NCBI GenBank assembly: GCA_045578495.1
Contig: JAZNKI010000031.1
Span: 233-64,232, forward strand
Direction: 5' to 3'
Length of the DNA: 64,000 nt
Source: Faecalimonas sp.
Lineage (GTDB): Bacteria; Bacillota; Clostridia; Lachnospirales; Lachnospiraceae
Part shown: piece by piece, positions 10,227 to 20,368 of the stretch
How the letters are laid out: every line of letters begins with the position of its first letter
Numbering within the stretch: the first letter of the stretch is position 1
Notes under the pieces: generated by a model
What the model saw: only the letters and a program-made list of their open reading frames with translations
Told to the model about the DNA's origin: nothing
Database searches by the model: none
Program-made: the position numbers and the translations under genes

Positions 10227-12129
10227 AGCATCGAAAGCATATTACCAAGAAGCGACGGAAATTATGAGTAACTTCGAATATGATAAGCTTTACGATGAGC
10301 TGCTTGCATTAGAAGACGAGCTGGGAATTGTGATGACAAACAGTCCAACGGCCAATGTGGGATACGAAGTGTTAAGTGAACTTCCAAAGGAACGTCATGA
10401 AAAACCAATGTTATCATTAGATAAGACAAAGGAAATTTCACGATTGAAGGAGTTCTTAGGTGAGCAAACAGCATTTCTTTCTTGGAAGTTAGATGGTCTT
10501 ACCATTGTGTTGACTTATCGCAATGGAGTATTAGAGAAAGCAGTAACCAGAGGAAATGGAGAAGTTGGAGAGGTTATTACAAACAATGCGAAGACCTTCA
10601 AAAATCTACCGCTTCGAATCGCTTATCAGGGAGAACTGATTTTACGAGGAGAGGCAGTCATTGGTTATTCGGATTTTGAAAAAATCAACGAAGAAATCGA
10701 AGATGTGGATGCAAAATATAAAAATCCAAGAAATCTTTGCAGCGGATCAGTACGTCAATTAAACAATGAAATTACAGCGAAGCGAAATGTACAGTTTTTT
10801 GCATTTTCTTTGGTGAAAGCAGAAAATGTAGAATTTCACAATTCAAGAATATTCCAAATGCAGTGGTTGAAAGAGCAAGGGTTTGATGTCGTAGAAGGGT
10901 ATGAAGTTACTGCAGATACGATTGAAGAAAAAGTAGCGTATTTTGCAAAACAGATTGAACATAATGATTTTCCGTCAGATGGTTTGGTGCTAGTATATGA
11001 TGATATTGCATATGGACAATCGCTGGGAAGAACGTCAAAGTTTCCAAGAGATTCTTTTGCTTTTAAATGGGCGGATGAAATTCGAGAGACCACACTTCTA
11101 GAAATTGAGTGGAGTCCTTCCAGAACAGGACTTATTAATCCGGTTGCGATTTTTGAACCGGTAGAATTGGAAGGAACAACTGTAAGCAGGGCCAGCGTTC
11201 ATAATATTAGTATTATGGAGGAATTGGAACTCGGAATTGGTGATAAGATAGAAGTATACAAAGCAAATATGATCATTCCGCAGATTGCTTCCAATTTGAC
11301 AAGAAGTGGTGTGAAAGATATTCCTACCGAATGTCCTGTGTGTCATGGAAAGACAGAGATTCGACAAGTTAGTGATGCAAAAGCACTTTACTGTACCAAT
11401 GAGGAATGTGGTGCAAAACATTTGAAATCATTTGCATTATTTGTCAGCCGAGACGCATTGAACATCGATGGACTTTCAGAGGCAACATTAGAAAAGTTTA
11501 TTGCAAAAGGTTTTATAAATGTATATTCAGATATCTTCCATTTGGAACAATATGAAGAAGAAATTAAGAGCATGGAAGGTTTTGGAGAAAAGTCTTATAT
11601 CAATTTGCAAAAGAGTGTGGAAAAATCAAGGGTAACAACATTACCGCGTTTGATTTACGGATTAGGTATTGCAAACATTGGTCTTGCAAATGCAAAGGTG
11701 ATTTGCAAAGAATTTCATTATGACGTTGAGAAGATGATACACTTAACAGAAGAGGAACTGAGCAATGTGTCTGGAATCGGTCCAGTCATCGCAAAAGCTT
11801 ATGTGGAATATTTTGCGGAAGAAAAGCATGTGGAAGAGTTGGAAAGACTTTTGAGTGAATTGATTATTCCACAGGAAACAAATAAAGAAGAGCAGATTTT
11901 TGAAAATATGACCTTTGTTATCACAGGAAGTGTAGAGCATTTTGCAAATCGAAATGAAGTGAAAGAGGTCATTGAGAGTAAAGGTGGGAAAGTGACAGGC
12001 TCTGTTACGGCAAAGACGAATTATTTGATTAATAATGATGTGAATTCCACCTCATCAAAGAATAAAAAAGCAAAGGAACTTGGAATTCCGATTATTACAG
12101 AAGAAGAGTTTTTAACGATGTTAGAGTAA
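10177..12129 (+). CDS. ligA: NAD-dependent DNA ligase
   Basis: KLDG adenylation motif, TRGNG, Zn finger CPVC..C..C, HhH repeats, C-terminal BRCT. Confidence 0.97.
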   Translation: MEQNKQRMQELVEILNKASKAYYQEATEIMSNFEYDKLYDELLALEDELGIVMTNSPTANVGYEVLSELPKERHEKPMLSLDKTKEISRLKEFLGEQTAFLSWKLDGLTIVLTYRNGVLEKAVTRGNGEVGEVITNNAKTFKNLPLRIAYQGELILRGEAVIGYSDFEKINEEIEDVDAKYKNPRNLCSGSVRQLNNEITAKRNVQFFAFSLVKAENVEFHNSRIFQMQWLKEQGFDVVEGYEVTADTIEEKVAYFAKQIEHNDFPSDGLVLVYDDIAYGQSLGRTSKFPRDSFAFKWADEIRETTLLEIEWSPSRTGLINPVAIFEPVELEGTTVSRASVHNISIMEELELGIGDKIEVYKANMIIPQIASNLTRSGVKDIPTECPVCHGKTEIRQVSDAKALYCTNEECGAKHLKSFALFVSRDALNIDGLSEATLEKFIAKGFINVYSDIFHLEQYEEEIKSMEGFGEKSYINLQKSVEKSRVTTLPRLIYGLGIANIGLANAKVICKEFHYDVEKMIHLTEEELSNVSGIGPVIAKAYVEYFAEEKHVEELERLLSELIIPQETNKEEQIFENMTFVITGSVEHFANRNEVKEVIESKGGKVTGSVTAKTNYLINNDVNSTSSKNKKAKELGIPIITEEEFLTMLE

Positions 12130-12148
12130 AGAAAAGGAGTGGAAAGAT

Positions 12149-12472
12149 ATGTTAAAAATTACAGGACAAAATTTTGAACAAGAGGTATTACAAGCGGAGT
12201 TGCCAGTATTGGTAGATTTCTATGCAGATTGGTGTATGCCATGCAAAATGTTCGCCCCAACATTGGAAGGATTAGCAGAAGAATGGGAAGGCAAGTTGAA
12301 AGTAGTAAAAGTAAATGTGGACGAGGCAACGCCATTGGCACAAAAATATCGCGTAATGAGTATCCCGACATTGAAATTGTTTGCTGGAGATGAAGAGCCA
12401 AGAGCAACATTTGTAGGGGCAATGTCAATGGAAGAGTTGGAAGAATGGCTCAGTGAAAACGGAGTAGAATAG
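12149..12472 (+). CDS. trxA: Thioredoxin
   Basis: DFYADWCMPC, VMSIPT. Confidence 0.92.
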   Translation: MLKITGQNFEQEVLQAELPVLVDFYADWCMPCKMFAPTLEGLAEEWEGKLKVVKVNVDEATPLAQKYRVMSIPTLKLFAGDEEPRATFVGAMSMEELEEWLSENGVE

Positions 12473-12481
12473 GAGAATACC

Positions 12482-13402
12482 ATGGAAAATAATTGTTATG
12501 ATGTAGTTATAATCGGAGGAGGTCCGGGTGGATATTGTGCAGCGCTCTATGCGGCAAGAGCAAATCTCAGCACGCTGGTAATCGAGAAATTCGCACCTGG
12601 CGGACAGATGGCTACAACAGAAATTGTAGAAAATTACCCGGGATTTGTGGATGGCATCAATGGTTTTGAACTTGGTATGCAGATGAAAAAGGGTGCAGAA
12701 CGTTTTGGCGTAAAAACAAAGTTGGCAGAAGTGAAAAGTGTAGAATTGGATAAAAACCCCAAATTGATTCATACTGCAAAGGACACTTTTGAAGCAAAAA
12801 CGGTCATTCTTGCATTGGGAGCATTTCCAAGGGAGTTGGGATTGGAAAATGAAAGAAATTTGCGTGGACGAGGAATCTCTTATTGCGCAACTTGCGATGG
12901 AATGTTCTATCGCGATAAGACGGTCGTGATCGTAGGTGGAGGAAATACGGCTGTTGCAGATGCGATTTTCCTTGCGAAGATCTGTAAGAAAGTATACTTA
13001 GTACATCGTAGAGACGAGTTGCGTGCATCGAAAACATATATGGAATCACTCGAAAGAACAGAGAATATTGAATTTTTATGGAGCAGTGAAGTAATTGAGG
13101 TTCTAGAAGATGAATTTGTGACAGGTGTTAAGGTGAAGAGTCGAAAAGATGATACGGTTCAAGTAGTAGCTTGTGATGGCGTGTTTGTTGCCATTGGAAA
13201 TATTCCAAACACAGATTTAATCAAAGGGCAGGTTGCATTGGATGACGCAGGCTATGTTGTGGCAGATGAAACGACAAGAACGAATATCCCAGGTGTGTTT
13301 GCAGTAGGGGATATGCGTCAAAAACCACTTCGTCAGATTGTAACAGCAGTAGCTGACGGTGCAGTTGCATCAAAATATGCAGAGGAATTTATTGATTTAT
13401 AG
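12482..13402 (+). CDS. trxB: Thioredoxin-disulfide reductase
   Basis: GGGPGG, SYCATCDG, GGGNTA, HRR, FAVGD. Confidence 0.95.
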   Translation: MENNCYDVVIIGGGPGGYCAALYAARANLSTLVIEKFAPGGQMATTEIVENYPGFVDGINGFELGMQMKKGAERFGVKTKLAEVKSVELDKNPKLIHTAKDTFEAKTVILALGAFPRELGLENERNLRGRGISYCATCDGMFYRDKTVVIVGGGNTAVADAIFLAKICKKVYLVHRRDELRASKTYMESLERTENIEFLWSSEVIEVLEDEFVTGVKVKSRKDDTVQVVACDGVFVAIGNIPNTDLIKGQVALDDAGYVVADETTRTNIPGVFAVGDMRQKPLRQIVTAVADGAVASKYAEEFIDL

Positions 13403-13406
13403 AGCC

Positions 13407-13435
13407 TTGACAAGGGTGAGTCCATCAGATATAAT
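13407..13435 (+). promoter_or_regulatory. Consensus sigma-A promoter of ssrA
   Basis: TTGACA-N17-TATAAT. Confidence 0.9.
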
Positions 13436-13466
13436 TCAACTACGTTTGCGGACCAGATAGTCATTG

Positions 13467-13810
13467 GGGCTTGTACTGGTTTCGACGGGGGTTTTGAAGT
13501 TGAGGAAGCCATCTGCGGGGCGGGACCGCGTAACAATCCGTATTTTAAAATTAAACGCAAACAAAAATTTAGCGTACGCTGCCTAGTGGTAGCAGTCGGT
13601 CTTAGGTCGCTCACTGCCTAAGGTGCCGGCTTCAACGAGGTGAGGCACTTCGTTTCCAAAGCTTTGAGGAAATGGAAGAATTTATGAAGCTACTAAAGTC
13701 TATAGCCTGTCATTAGGCGATGGATAGAGGGAATGTTAAAATAATGACTGTGATGGGAGATGCCTTGATGGATGGGCTTTCGGACAGGGGTTCGATTCCC
13801 CTCAGGTCCA
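13467..13810 (+). ncRNA. ssrA: tmRNA; tag peptide ANKNLAYAA* (13557-13586)
   Basis: 5' GGGCTTG pairs with 3' CAGGTCC including the G3:U alanyl determinant; T-arm GGGGTTCGATTCCCC; tag ORF ends YAA-stop; CCA not encoded. Confidence 0.96.
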
Positions 13811-13826
13811 TTGGGAAAGTAAAAAG

Positions 13827-13869
13827 AAAAGTAATCGAAATGGGAGAACCTGCTTTGATTACTTTTTTT
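13827..13869 (+). terminator. Terminator downstream of ssrA
   Basis: AAAAGTAATCGAA...TTTGATTACTTTT followed by T-tract. Confidence 0.6.
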
Positions 13870-13996
13870 ATTTATTAAATTCATAACTTCATAAAAGAAC
13901 TAGGTTTGTCAAAGAAAAGATAGTATAATAAAGACACAAAATTAACATAAATGTTTGTTAGAGTGAGAAAAAATGAAAATAAACGAGGTGGGTTAC

Positions 13997-14677
13997 GTGG
14001 AAAAAACAAAGATTCTAATCGTAGATGATGAGAGCAGAATGCGAAAATTAATCCGTGATTTCTTAGAGAGAGAAGGATATCAAATATTAGAAGCAGCAGA
14101 TGGCGTAGAAGCAATGGATTTGTTTTATGAAGATAAGAACATCGACCTCATTATCCTGGATGTGATGATGCCACGAATGGACGGATGGCAGGTCTGCAAA
14201 GAAATTCGAGAAGAATCAAAGGTTCCGATTGTGATGTTGACTGCCAGAGCGGAAGAGTGGAATGAATTGAAAGGTTTTCACCTTGGTGTAGACGAATATA
14301 TTACAAAGCCGTTTAGCCCTAAAATTTTAGTGGCGAGAGTAGCGGCACTTTTGAAGCGTACAAAGAGTGGAACGGATGAGGAAGTCATAGATGCCGGTGG
14401 AATTGTGATTAACAAGACAGCTCACATGGTAACCATTGATGGACAAAGTATCGAGTTGAGTATTAAGGAATTTGAACTTCTAATCTATTTTATAGAAAAT
14501 CAGAGAATTGCGTTATCAAGAGAAAAAATATTAAATCATGTTTGGAATTATGATTATTTCGGAGATGCGCGAACCATCGATACGCATGTGAAGAAATTGC
14601 GTAGCAAACTGGGGGAGAAAGGAAATTATATTAAGACCATCTGGGGAATGGGATATAAATTTGAGGTGGAAGAATGA
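13997..14677 (+). CDS. OmpR/PhoB-family response regulator
   Basis: ILIVDDE, LDVMMPRMDG, KPF, winged helix RTIDTHVKKLRSKL. GTG start after GAGGTG. Confidence 0.93.
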   Translation: MEKTKILIVDDESRMRKLIRDFLEREGYQILEAADGVEAMDLFYEDKNIDLIILDVMMPRMDGWQVCKEIREESKVPIVMLTARAEEWNELKGFHLGVDEYITKPFSPKILVARVAALLKRTKSGTDEEVIDAGGIVINKTAHMVTIDGQSIELSIKEFELLIYFIENQRIALSREKILNHVWNYDYFGDARTIDTHVKKLRSKLGEKGNYIKTIWGMGYKFEVEE

Positions 14678-16155
14678 AAAAATCAATCCGAAGACAAATT
14701 GCAACGATCTTTATCGTAATCGTCAGTTCGGTATTAGTTATTTCAATTATCATAAATAGTTGGTTTTTGGATGATTTCTATGTGCGTAATAAACAGAACA
14801 ATTTGGTTCGTGTTTACAACCAATTGAATCGGGCAAACAAGAGAGGAACTTTGACAAAACAAAGTACGATTGACCGGTTAAACAAAGAAGTGGAAATCGG
14901 AAACTTATCATTGGTAGTCATGACAAACGATGGACATGAAGTCATGAGCACCACACAGAATCCGAAAAAAGTACAAGAACTGTATGGGCAATTAATGGGT
15001 TATCTTTTAAATAAGAACCAAACGAAAGGAAAACTGCTAAAAAGTAGTGATGAATATGAAATTCATAGTGCTGCAGACGTTTTGGGTGGTGGAGAATATA
15101 TTGAAATGTGGGGAAGTTTAGGAGATGACAAATTGTTTCTTCTTCGAAGCCCGATAGAAAGTATTCGAGAAAGCGTGGCGATTTCGAATGAATTTTTGAT
15201 TTATACGACGTTGGTAGCAATTGGAATTGGAACTCTTTTTGTGTGGTATTTTTCGAAGAGAATTACCAATCCGATTTTAGAATTAACCCGTTTGTCAAAG
15301 CGTATGGCGAACTTGGAATTTGATGCTAAATATACAAGTGGTGGAAACGATGAAATAGGTATATTGGGCGAAAACTTTAATCAAATGTCAGAACAACTTG
15401 AGCAGGCAGTTTCAGAGTTAAAGAATGCCAATTATGAGTTGCAAAAAGATATTGAAAAGAGAGAAAAGATGGAACTTATGAGAACCGAATTTATCGGAAA
15501 TGTTTCTCATGAATTAAAGACGCCAATTGCATTGATTCAAGGATATGCGGAAGGCTTGAAAGAAGGGATTTCGGAAGATCCACAGAGCAGAGAGTATTAT
15601 TGCGACGTAATTTTGGATGAGGCAAATAAGATGAATCAGATGGTTCGAAATTTGCTCGCCTTAAATGAATTGGAATTTGGGGAAGAAGAAGTTATGTTTG
15701 AGCGATTTGATATTGTGGAATTGATTCAAGGAATTATACAGAGTAACCAGATTCTCATTCAGCAAAAAGAAGTGGATGTAAGGCTGCAAACAGAGGAGCC
15801 AATCTATGTTTGGGGAGATGAGTATAAGGTTGAACAAGTTTTGCGCAATTATTTGAGTAATGCATTAAATCATGTGAAGGATGAAAATAGAATTGAAATA
15901 AAAGTAGAACGAGACACAGTGAGAGAAAAAGCTCGCATTACAGTGTTTAACACAGGAAGCCCTATTCCAGAAGAAGACATCGAGCATATTTGGAACAAGT
16001 TCTATAAGGTGGATAAGGCGCGGACAAGAGAATATGGCGGACATGGAATCGGGCTATCTATTGTAAAAGCGATTATGAAGTCTTTTCAACAAGAGTATGG
16101 TGTGGTAAACTATGACAATGGAGTCGCTTTTTGGTTTGAGTTGGACTTAAAATAG
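14674..16155 (+). CDS. Membrane sensor histidine kinase (HAMP-HisKA-HATPase)
   Basis: Two TM segments, HAMP, H-box SHELKTPI, NYLSNA, GHGIGL. Confidence 0.93.
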   Translation: MKKSIRRQIATIFIVIVSSVLVISIIINSWFLDDFYVRNKQNNLVRVYNQLNRANKRGTLTKQSTIDRLNKEVEIGNLSLVVMTNDGHEVMSTTQNPKKVQELYGQLMGYLLNKNQTKGKLLKSSDEYEIHSAADVLGGGEYIEMWGSLGDDKLFLLRSPIESIRESVAISNEFLIYTTLVAIGIGTLFVWYFSKRITNPILELTRLSKRMANLEFDAKYTSGGNDEIGILGENFNQMSEQLEQAVSELKNANYELQKDIEKREKMELMRTEFIGNVSHELKTPIALIQGYAEGLKEGISEDPQSREYYCDVILDEANKMNQMVRNLLALNELEFGEEEVMFERFDIVELIQGIIQSNQILIQQKEVDVRLQTEEPIYVWGDEYKVEQVLRNYLSNALNHVKDENRIEIKVERDTVREKARITVFNTGSPIPEEDIEHIWNKFYKVDKARTREYGGHGIGLSIVKAIMKSFQQEYGVVNYDNGVAFWFELDLK

Positions 16156-16165
16156 GAGGCAAAAC

Positions 16166-16774
16166 GTGATTGCAATTATAGATTATGATGCAGGAAATAT
16201 TAAGAGTGTAGAGAAAGCATTGCAAAAATTAGGGGCAGAAGTAGTGATTACAAAAGACCCACAAGAAATACTAAATGCGGACAAGGTTATTTTACCAGGT
16301 GTTGGCGCATTTGGTGATGCAATGGCAAATCTTAAGAAATATAAGTTGGATGAAATCATTCATCGAGTTGTAGAAAAGGGAACCCCGTTTTTGGGGATTT
16401 GCTTAGGGCTACAATTGCTGTTTGAAAGAAGTGACGAGACTCCGGGTGTAGAGGGGCTTGGCATTTTGAAAGGAGAGATTCTTCGAATTCCAGAAAAGGA
16501 TGATTTGAAAATTCCGCATATGGGATGGAATTCTTTGCATTTACAAAATGGTGGCAGATTGTTTAAAGGACTGAAAGAACAGTCTTATGTATATTTTGTT
16601 CATTCCTATTATTTGAAAGCTGAGGAAGAAGAAATTGTAAAGGCGACTACAGATTATAGTGTGAATATTCACGCATCTGTAGAAAAAGACAATGTGTTCG
16701 CGTGCCAATTTCATCCGGAAAAGAGCAGCGAGGTAGGTCTGGAAATTTTGAAAAACTTTGTGGAACTTAGCTAG
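16166..16774 (+). CDS. hisH: Imidazole glycerol phosphate synthase, glutaminase subunit
   Basis: LPGVG, GICLG, PHMGWN, QFHPEKS. Confidence 0.96.
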   Translation: MIAIIDYDAGNIKSVEKALQKLGAEVVITKDPQEILNADKVILPGVGAFGDAMANLKKYKLDEIIHRVVEKGTPFLGICLGLQLLFERSDETPGVEGLGILKGEILRIPEKDDLKIPHMGWNSLHLQNGGRLFKGLKEQSYVYFVHSYYLKAEEEEIVKATTDYSVNIHASVEKDNVFACQFHPEKSSEVGLEILKNFVELS

Positions 16775-16785
16775 GAGGAACAGAC

Positions 16786-17547
16786 ATGTTTACCAAGAGA
16801 ATTATTCCTTGTTTGGACGTGCATGGAGGTCGTGTTGTTAAAGGGGTCAATTTTGTGAACCTTGTGGATGCAGGAGACCCAGTTGCTATCGCGAAGGCGT
16901 ATGACGAAGCAGGTGCAGACGAAATTGTGTTTTTAGATATTACAGCATCGTCAGATGCGAGACAAACTGTAATTGATATGGTGCGAGAAGTCGCAAAGAA
17001 TGTATTTATTCCATTTACGGTAGGCGGAGGAATTCGAACAGTCGATGATTTCAAAGCATTGTTGCGAGAAGGTGCAGATAAAATCTCTGTGAATTCAGCA
17101 GCTATTAATCGCCCGGAATTGATTCGCGAGGCGGCAGAAAAATTTGGAAGCCAATGTGTTGTAGTTGCCATTGATGCAAAAAGAAGAGCAGATGGAAGTG
17201 GCTGGAATATTTATAAGAATGGTGGTCGCATTGATATGGGAATCGATGCGGTTGAATGGGCAAAAAAGGTAGAAGCGCTTGGAGCAGGAGAAATTCTGCT
17301 GACGAGTATGGATTGTGATGGAACCAAAGCGGGATATGATTTGGAACTTACGAGAACTATTTCAGAGAGCGTGTCTATTCCGGTAATTGCTTCTGGAGGA
17401 GCAGGAACCTTGGAACATTTTTACGATGCCTTTACAGAAGGGAAAGCGGATGCGGCATTGGTAGCATCTCTATTCCATTTTAAAGAATTAGAAATTAAAG
17501 AAGTGAAGCAATACTTACGAGAAAAAGGTGTTTCTGTAAGAATGTAA
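16786..17547 (+). CDS. hisF: Imidazole glycerol phosphate synthase, cyclase subunit
   Basis: [27 protein letters not shown]. Confidence 0.97.
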   Translation: MFTKRIIPCLDVHGGRVVKGVNFVNLVDAGDPVAIAKAYDEAGADEIVFLDITASSDARQTVIDMVREVAKNVFIPFTVGGGIRTVDDFKALLREGADKISVNSAAINRPELIREAAEKFGSQCVVVAIDAKRRADGSGWNIYKNGGRIDMGIDAVEWAKKVEALGAGEILLTSMDCDGTKAGYDLELTRTISESVSIPVIASGGAGTLEHFYDAFTEGKADAALVASLFHFKELEIKEVKQYLREKGVSVRM

Positions 17548-17556
17548 GGAGGAACC

Positions 17557-18231
17557 ATGCCGGCAATAAGTGGTGAATGGCTGAATGCCTTAAAAGGAGA
17601 ATTTGGAAAACCTTATTATAAAAAACTTTTTGAGACTGTAAATCTGGAATATCAGACGAGACAGATTTTTCCACCTGCAGATGATGTGTTTAATGCATTT
17701 CATTTTGCACCGTTAGACAAAGTGAAAGTAGTGATTTTGGGACAGGATCCGTATCACGGAGAGCATCAGGCGCATGGTCTTTGCTTTTCGGTGAAACCCG
17801 AGGTGGAAATCCCGCCATCGCTTGTGAACATTTATAAAGAGTTACAAGATGATTTGGGGTGTAAGATTCCGAGCCATGGATATTTAGAAAAATGGGCGAA
17901 GCAAGGAGTCCTCTTGTTGAATACGGTATTGACTGTGCGTGCGCATCAAGCCAACTCTCATCGAGGAATCGGTTGGGAAGAGTTTACAGATGCTGCGATT
18001 CGTGCATTAAACGAGCAAGAACGGCCAATCGTATTTATTCTTTGGGGAAAACCTGCGCAAATGAAAAAGAAGATGCTTAACAATCCAAAACATTTGGTGT
18101 TAGAGGCACCACATCCAAGTCCGTTATCTTCCTATCGAGGATTTTTTGGAAGCAAGCCATTTAGTCAGACAAATCGATTTTTAGAATCCCATGGGGTGGA
18201 GCCGATTGATTGGCAGATTGAAGAATTGTAA
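17557..18231 (+). CDS. ung: Uracil-DNA glycosylase (family 1)
   Basis: GQDPYH, HPSPLS. Confidence 0.97.
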   Translation: MPAISGEWLNALKGEFGKPYYKKLFETVNLEYQTRQIFPPADDVFNAFHFAPLDKVKVVILGQDPYHGEHQAHGLCFSVKPEVEIPPSLVNIYKELQDDLGCKIPSHGYLEKWAKQGVLLLNTVLTVRAHQANSHRGIGWEEFTDAAIRALNEQERPIVFILWGKPAQMKKKMLNNPKHLVLEAPHPSPLSSYRGFFGSKPFSQTNRFLESHGVEPIDWQIEEL

Positions 18232-18234
18232 AAT

Positions 18235-18265
18235 AAAAAATCGTTAGAGAACTAACGATTTTTTT
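18235..18265. terminator. Bidirectional terminator
   Basis: AAAAAATCGTTAG-AGAA-CTAACGATTTTTT. Confidence 0.8.
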
Positions 18266-18272
18266 GTTTCCA

Positions 18273-19130
18273 TTATTTTGTATCTTCTACTTTCTTTTCT
18301 AATGGTTTTTCTAAAACGGATGGGTTTCTCATAATCTTACGCAAATCGCGCAAGGCCATCGCAAAATACAAGCCATCGCAAAAACGTTCATCGGATACTA
18401 AACTAAAGCCCATATGTTTTTGTTGAATGATTTCGCCTTTGTGAACGACCGGAATCATTTTTTCTTTTCCCATAGAGAAGAAGAGTCCGGTGGTTCCGAA
18501 ATCATATGTATGATGATGGACAAAATTAATTCCCAACGATTTTAGGTTTGTTACGAAGAAGGATGTATGGAAAGGACTCAGCTCAATGATTTTCTTCGGT
18601 AAGAGGTTGTGTCTGTCCATCCACATCAACGTATTTACTACAAAGGATAAGATTGGACCTGGGATGGAAGTTAATAAACGGGCCAATTTGTCCGTACCGT
18701 TTTCAGCGACTCTATTTGTAGTCTCTTTTTCAATGGCAGCATTGAGGATTTCTGCGATTTCGAGAATCGTTTCGGTTCCTTCGAAGCAAAGCTTAATAGT
18801 AGTACCACAGCTGTCTTCATGCAATTCAGGATGTACAACGAAACTCACCCAAATTTTAGGTCTTGCATAGATGTGACCGTTCATGACAAAGCGATTCAAT
18901 CTTGGCTTGAGTGCCAACATGCGGACTACACCAGCGATTAAAATGTGCATGTAGCTCATTTTAATACCTTCAGCTTCTTTTTCTTTTATATATTCATCCC
19001 ACACTTCACATGCAAATGTATCTTCATACATATTCATCGCATCATAGCGGTGCTTCATAATGTAAGATGTGATTAGCTGTAAGGGATCAACGTTCTTCAC
19101 CCTACGTCCATCCGGTCTATTGCGAAACAT
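18273..19130 (-). CDS. Stand-alone 2-oxoacid dehydrogenase E2-like acyltransferase catalytic domain
   Basis: P.LN, FFVTNLKSLG and DERFCDG match the E2 core pattern; no lipoyl domain. Confidence 0.75.
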   Translation of the reverse strand: MFRNRPDGRRVKNVDPLQLITSYIMKHRYDAMNMYEDTFACEVWDEYIKEKEAEGIKMSYMHILIAGVVRMLALKPRLNRFVMNGHIYARPKIWVSFVVHPELHEDSCGTTIKLCFEGTETILEIAEILNAAIEKETTNRVAENGTDKLARLLTSIPGPILSFVVNTLMWMDRHNLLPKKIIELSPFHTSFFVTNLKSLGINFVHHHTYDFGTTGLFFSMGKEKMIPVVHKGEIIQQKHMGFSLVSDERFCDGLYFAMALRDLRKIMRNPSVLEKPLEKKVEDTK

Positions 19131-19293
19131 GAAAATCCTCCTAGACTACAAAAAGTTTATAATTTTTTAATAATTTACTCCATTATACACAATTCAACAT
19201 TTATTGACAAGTTGAAAAAAACAGGTATTTGTGAAAGAAAAATCTTATGATATAATATGCACATATGGGAAAATTATCACAGAGGTTCAATGT

Positions 19294-19839
19294 ATGAGTT
19301 GCGATAGGAGAAAAGAGGAAGAGTTCGAAAAACTATATCAACAATACCGAAATGATGTGTATAAAATCAGTTTGTATTACACGAAAAACGAACAAGAAGC
19401 ACAGGATATTACACAGAAGGTATTCTTTGCATTGTATCTTCGCATGGATAAAATTCAGACAGAATATGTGAAGGCTTATTTGATAACCGCAGCGAAAAAT
19501 TTGTCCTATAATTGGTTGCGAGATACGAAGAAAGAACGAGAAGGAGAAAGTGTTGATACGCTAACTGATACGAGTATTTTGGTAGAAAGCGCAGAGGAGT
19601 CATATCTGCTTGATGAGAATGAAAGTGAGAAAAAGGCATTTTGGGCAGAATTGATGCAACAATTATATGTCGAAAATGAAATGTGGTATCATATTTTAAA
19701 GTCGATTTATTGTTTGGGGATGTCTCATGAAGATACAGCTGAGGTGCTTGGGATATCAAAAGGAGTTCTGTATAGTAAGTTATACAGAGCGAAAAAATGG
19801 ATTGCCAAACATTATAAAGAAAAGTATAAGGAGCTCTAA
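19294..19839 (+). CDS. ECF-type sigma-70 factor
   Basis: Region 2 AQDITQKVF..AKNLSYNWLR; region 4 HTH SHEDTAEVLGISKGVLYSKLYRAKK. Confidence 0.85.
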   Translation: MSCDRRKEEEFEKLYQQYRNDVYKISLYYTKNEQEAQDITQKVFFALYLRMDKIQTEYVKAYLITAAKNLSYNWLRDTKKEREGESVDTLTDTSILVESAEESYLLDENESEKKAFWAELMQQLYVENEMWYHILKSIYCLGMSHEDTAEVLGISKGVLYSKLYRAKKWIAKHYKEKYKEL

Positions 19840-19841
19840 TT

Positions 19842-20360
19842 ATGAAGAAACTAAGAATAATTACAGTGATAGCAATTGCGATTGTGTTATGCGGATGTGC
19901 AGGAAATGTAAAAGAAGGAAAGGCATTTCTTGAAGAAGAAAAATACGAGGAAGCAAGAGCGTGCTTTGAAAAAGATATTGAAAAAGGAAAAAATTTGGAT
20001 AAAGCCTATTATGGAAAAGGGATTGCATGTTTTGAATTAGAAGAATATGAGACTGCAATGGAATGTTTGAAAGAAGCGGCAAAAGAAGGAACAAAAGAAG
20101 ATTCCGTGTTTTGTGATTTCTTAGGAGCGTGTTACATAGAGACAGAGCAATATAAAGAAGCAATTGAGGTATACAAGAAGGCCTTAGAGGATGAGAAAAT
20201 CTCAGAAGAGTTAAAACAAGAAACGAGATACAACTTGATTGTTGCCTATGAAAAATCCGGAGATTGGGATGCTGCAAAAAAAGAAATGAAGAACTATGAG
20301 AAAGACTATCCAGAGGATACACGATTAAAACGAGAATCGGATTTTTTGGAAACAAGGTAG
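19842..20360 (+). CDS. TPR-repeat lipoprotein
   Basis: Signal peptide with lipobox LCGC; TPR-like helices (AYYGKGIACFELEEY, FLGACYIETEQY). Confidence 0.8.
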   Translation: MKKLRIITVIAIAIVLCGCAGNVKEGKAFLEEEKYEEARACFEKDIEKGKNLDKAYYGKGIACFELEEYETAMECLKEAAKEGTKEDSVFCDFLGACYIETEQYKEAIEVYKKALEDEKISEELKQETRYNLIVAYEKSGDWDAAKKEMKNYEKDYPEDTRLKRESDFLETR

Positions 20361-20368
20361 GAAGATAT

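Noticed and set aside
12149-12472. Thioredoxin WCMPC instead of WCGPC
   Set aside because: CxPC variants are frequent, and the gene is paired normally with trxB.
13333-13884. Short - strand ORFs (13333-13614, 13693-13884)
   Set aside because: Antisense to tmRNA; shadow ORFs.
16166-17547. hisH-hisF separated from the other his genes
   Set aside because: Split his operons are common in clostridia; not informative.
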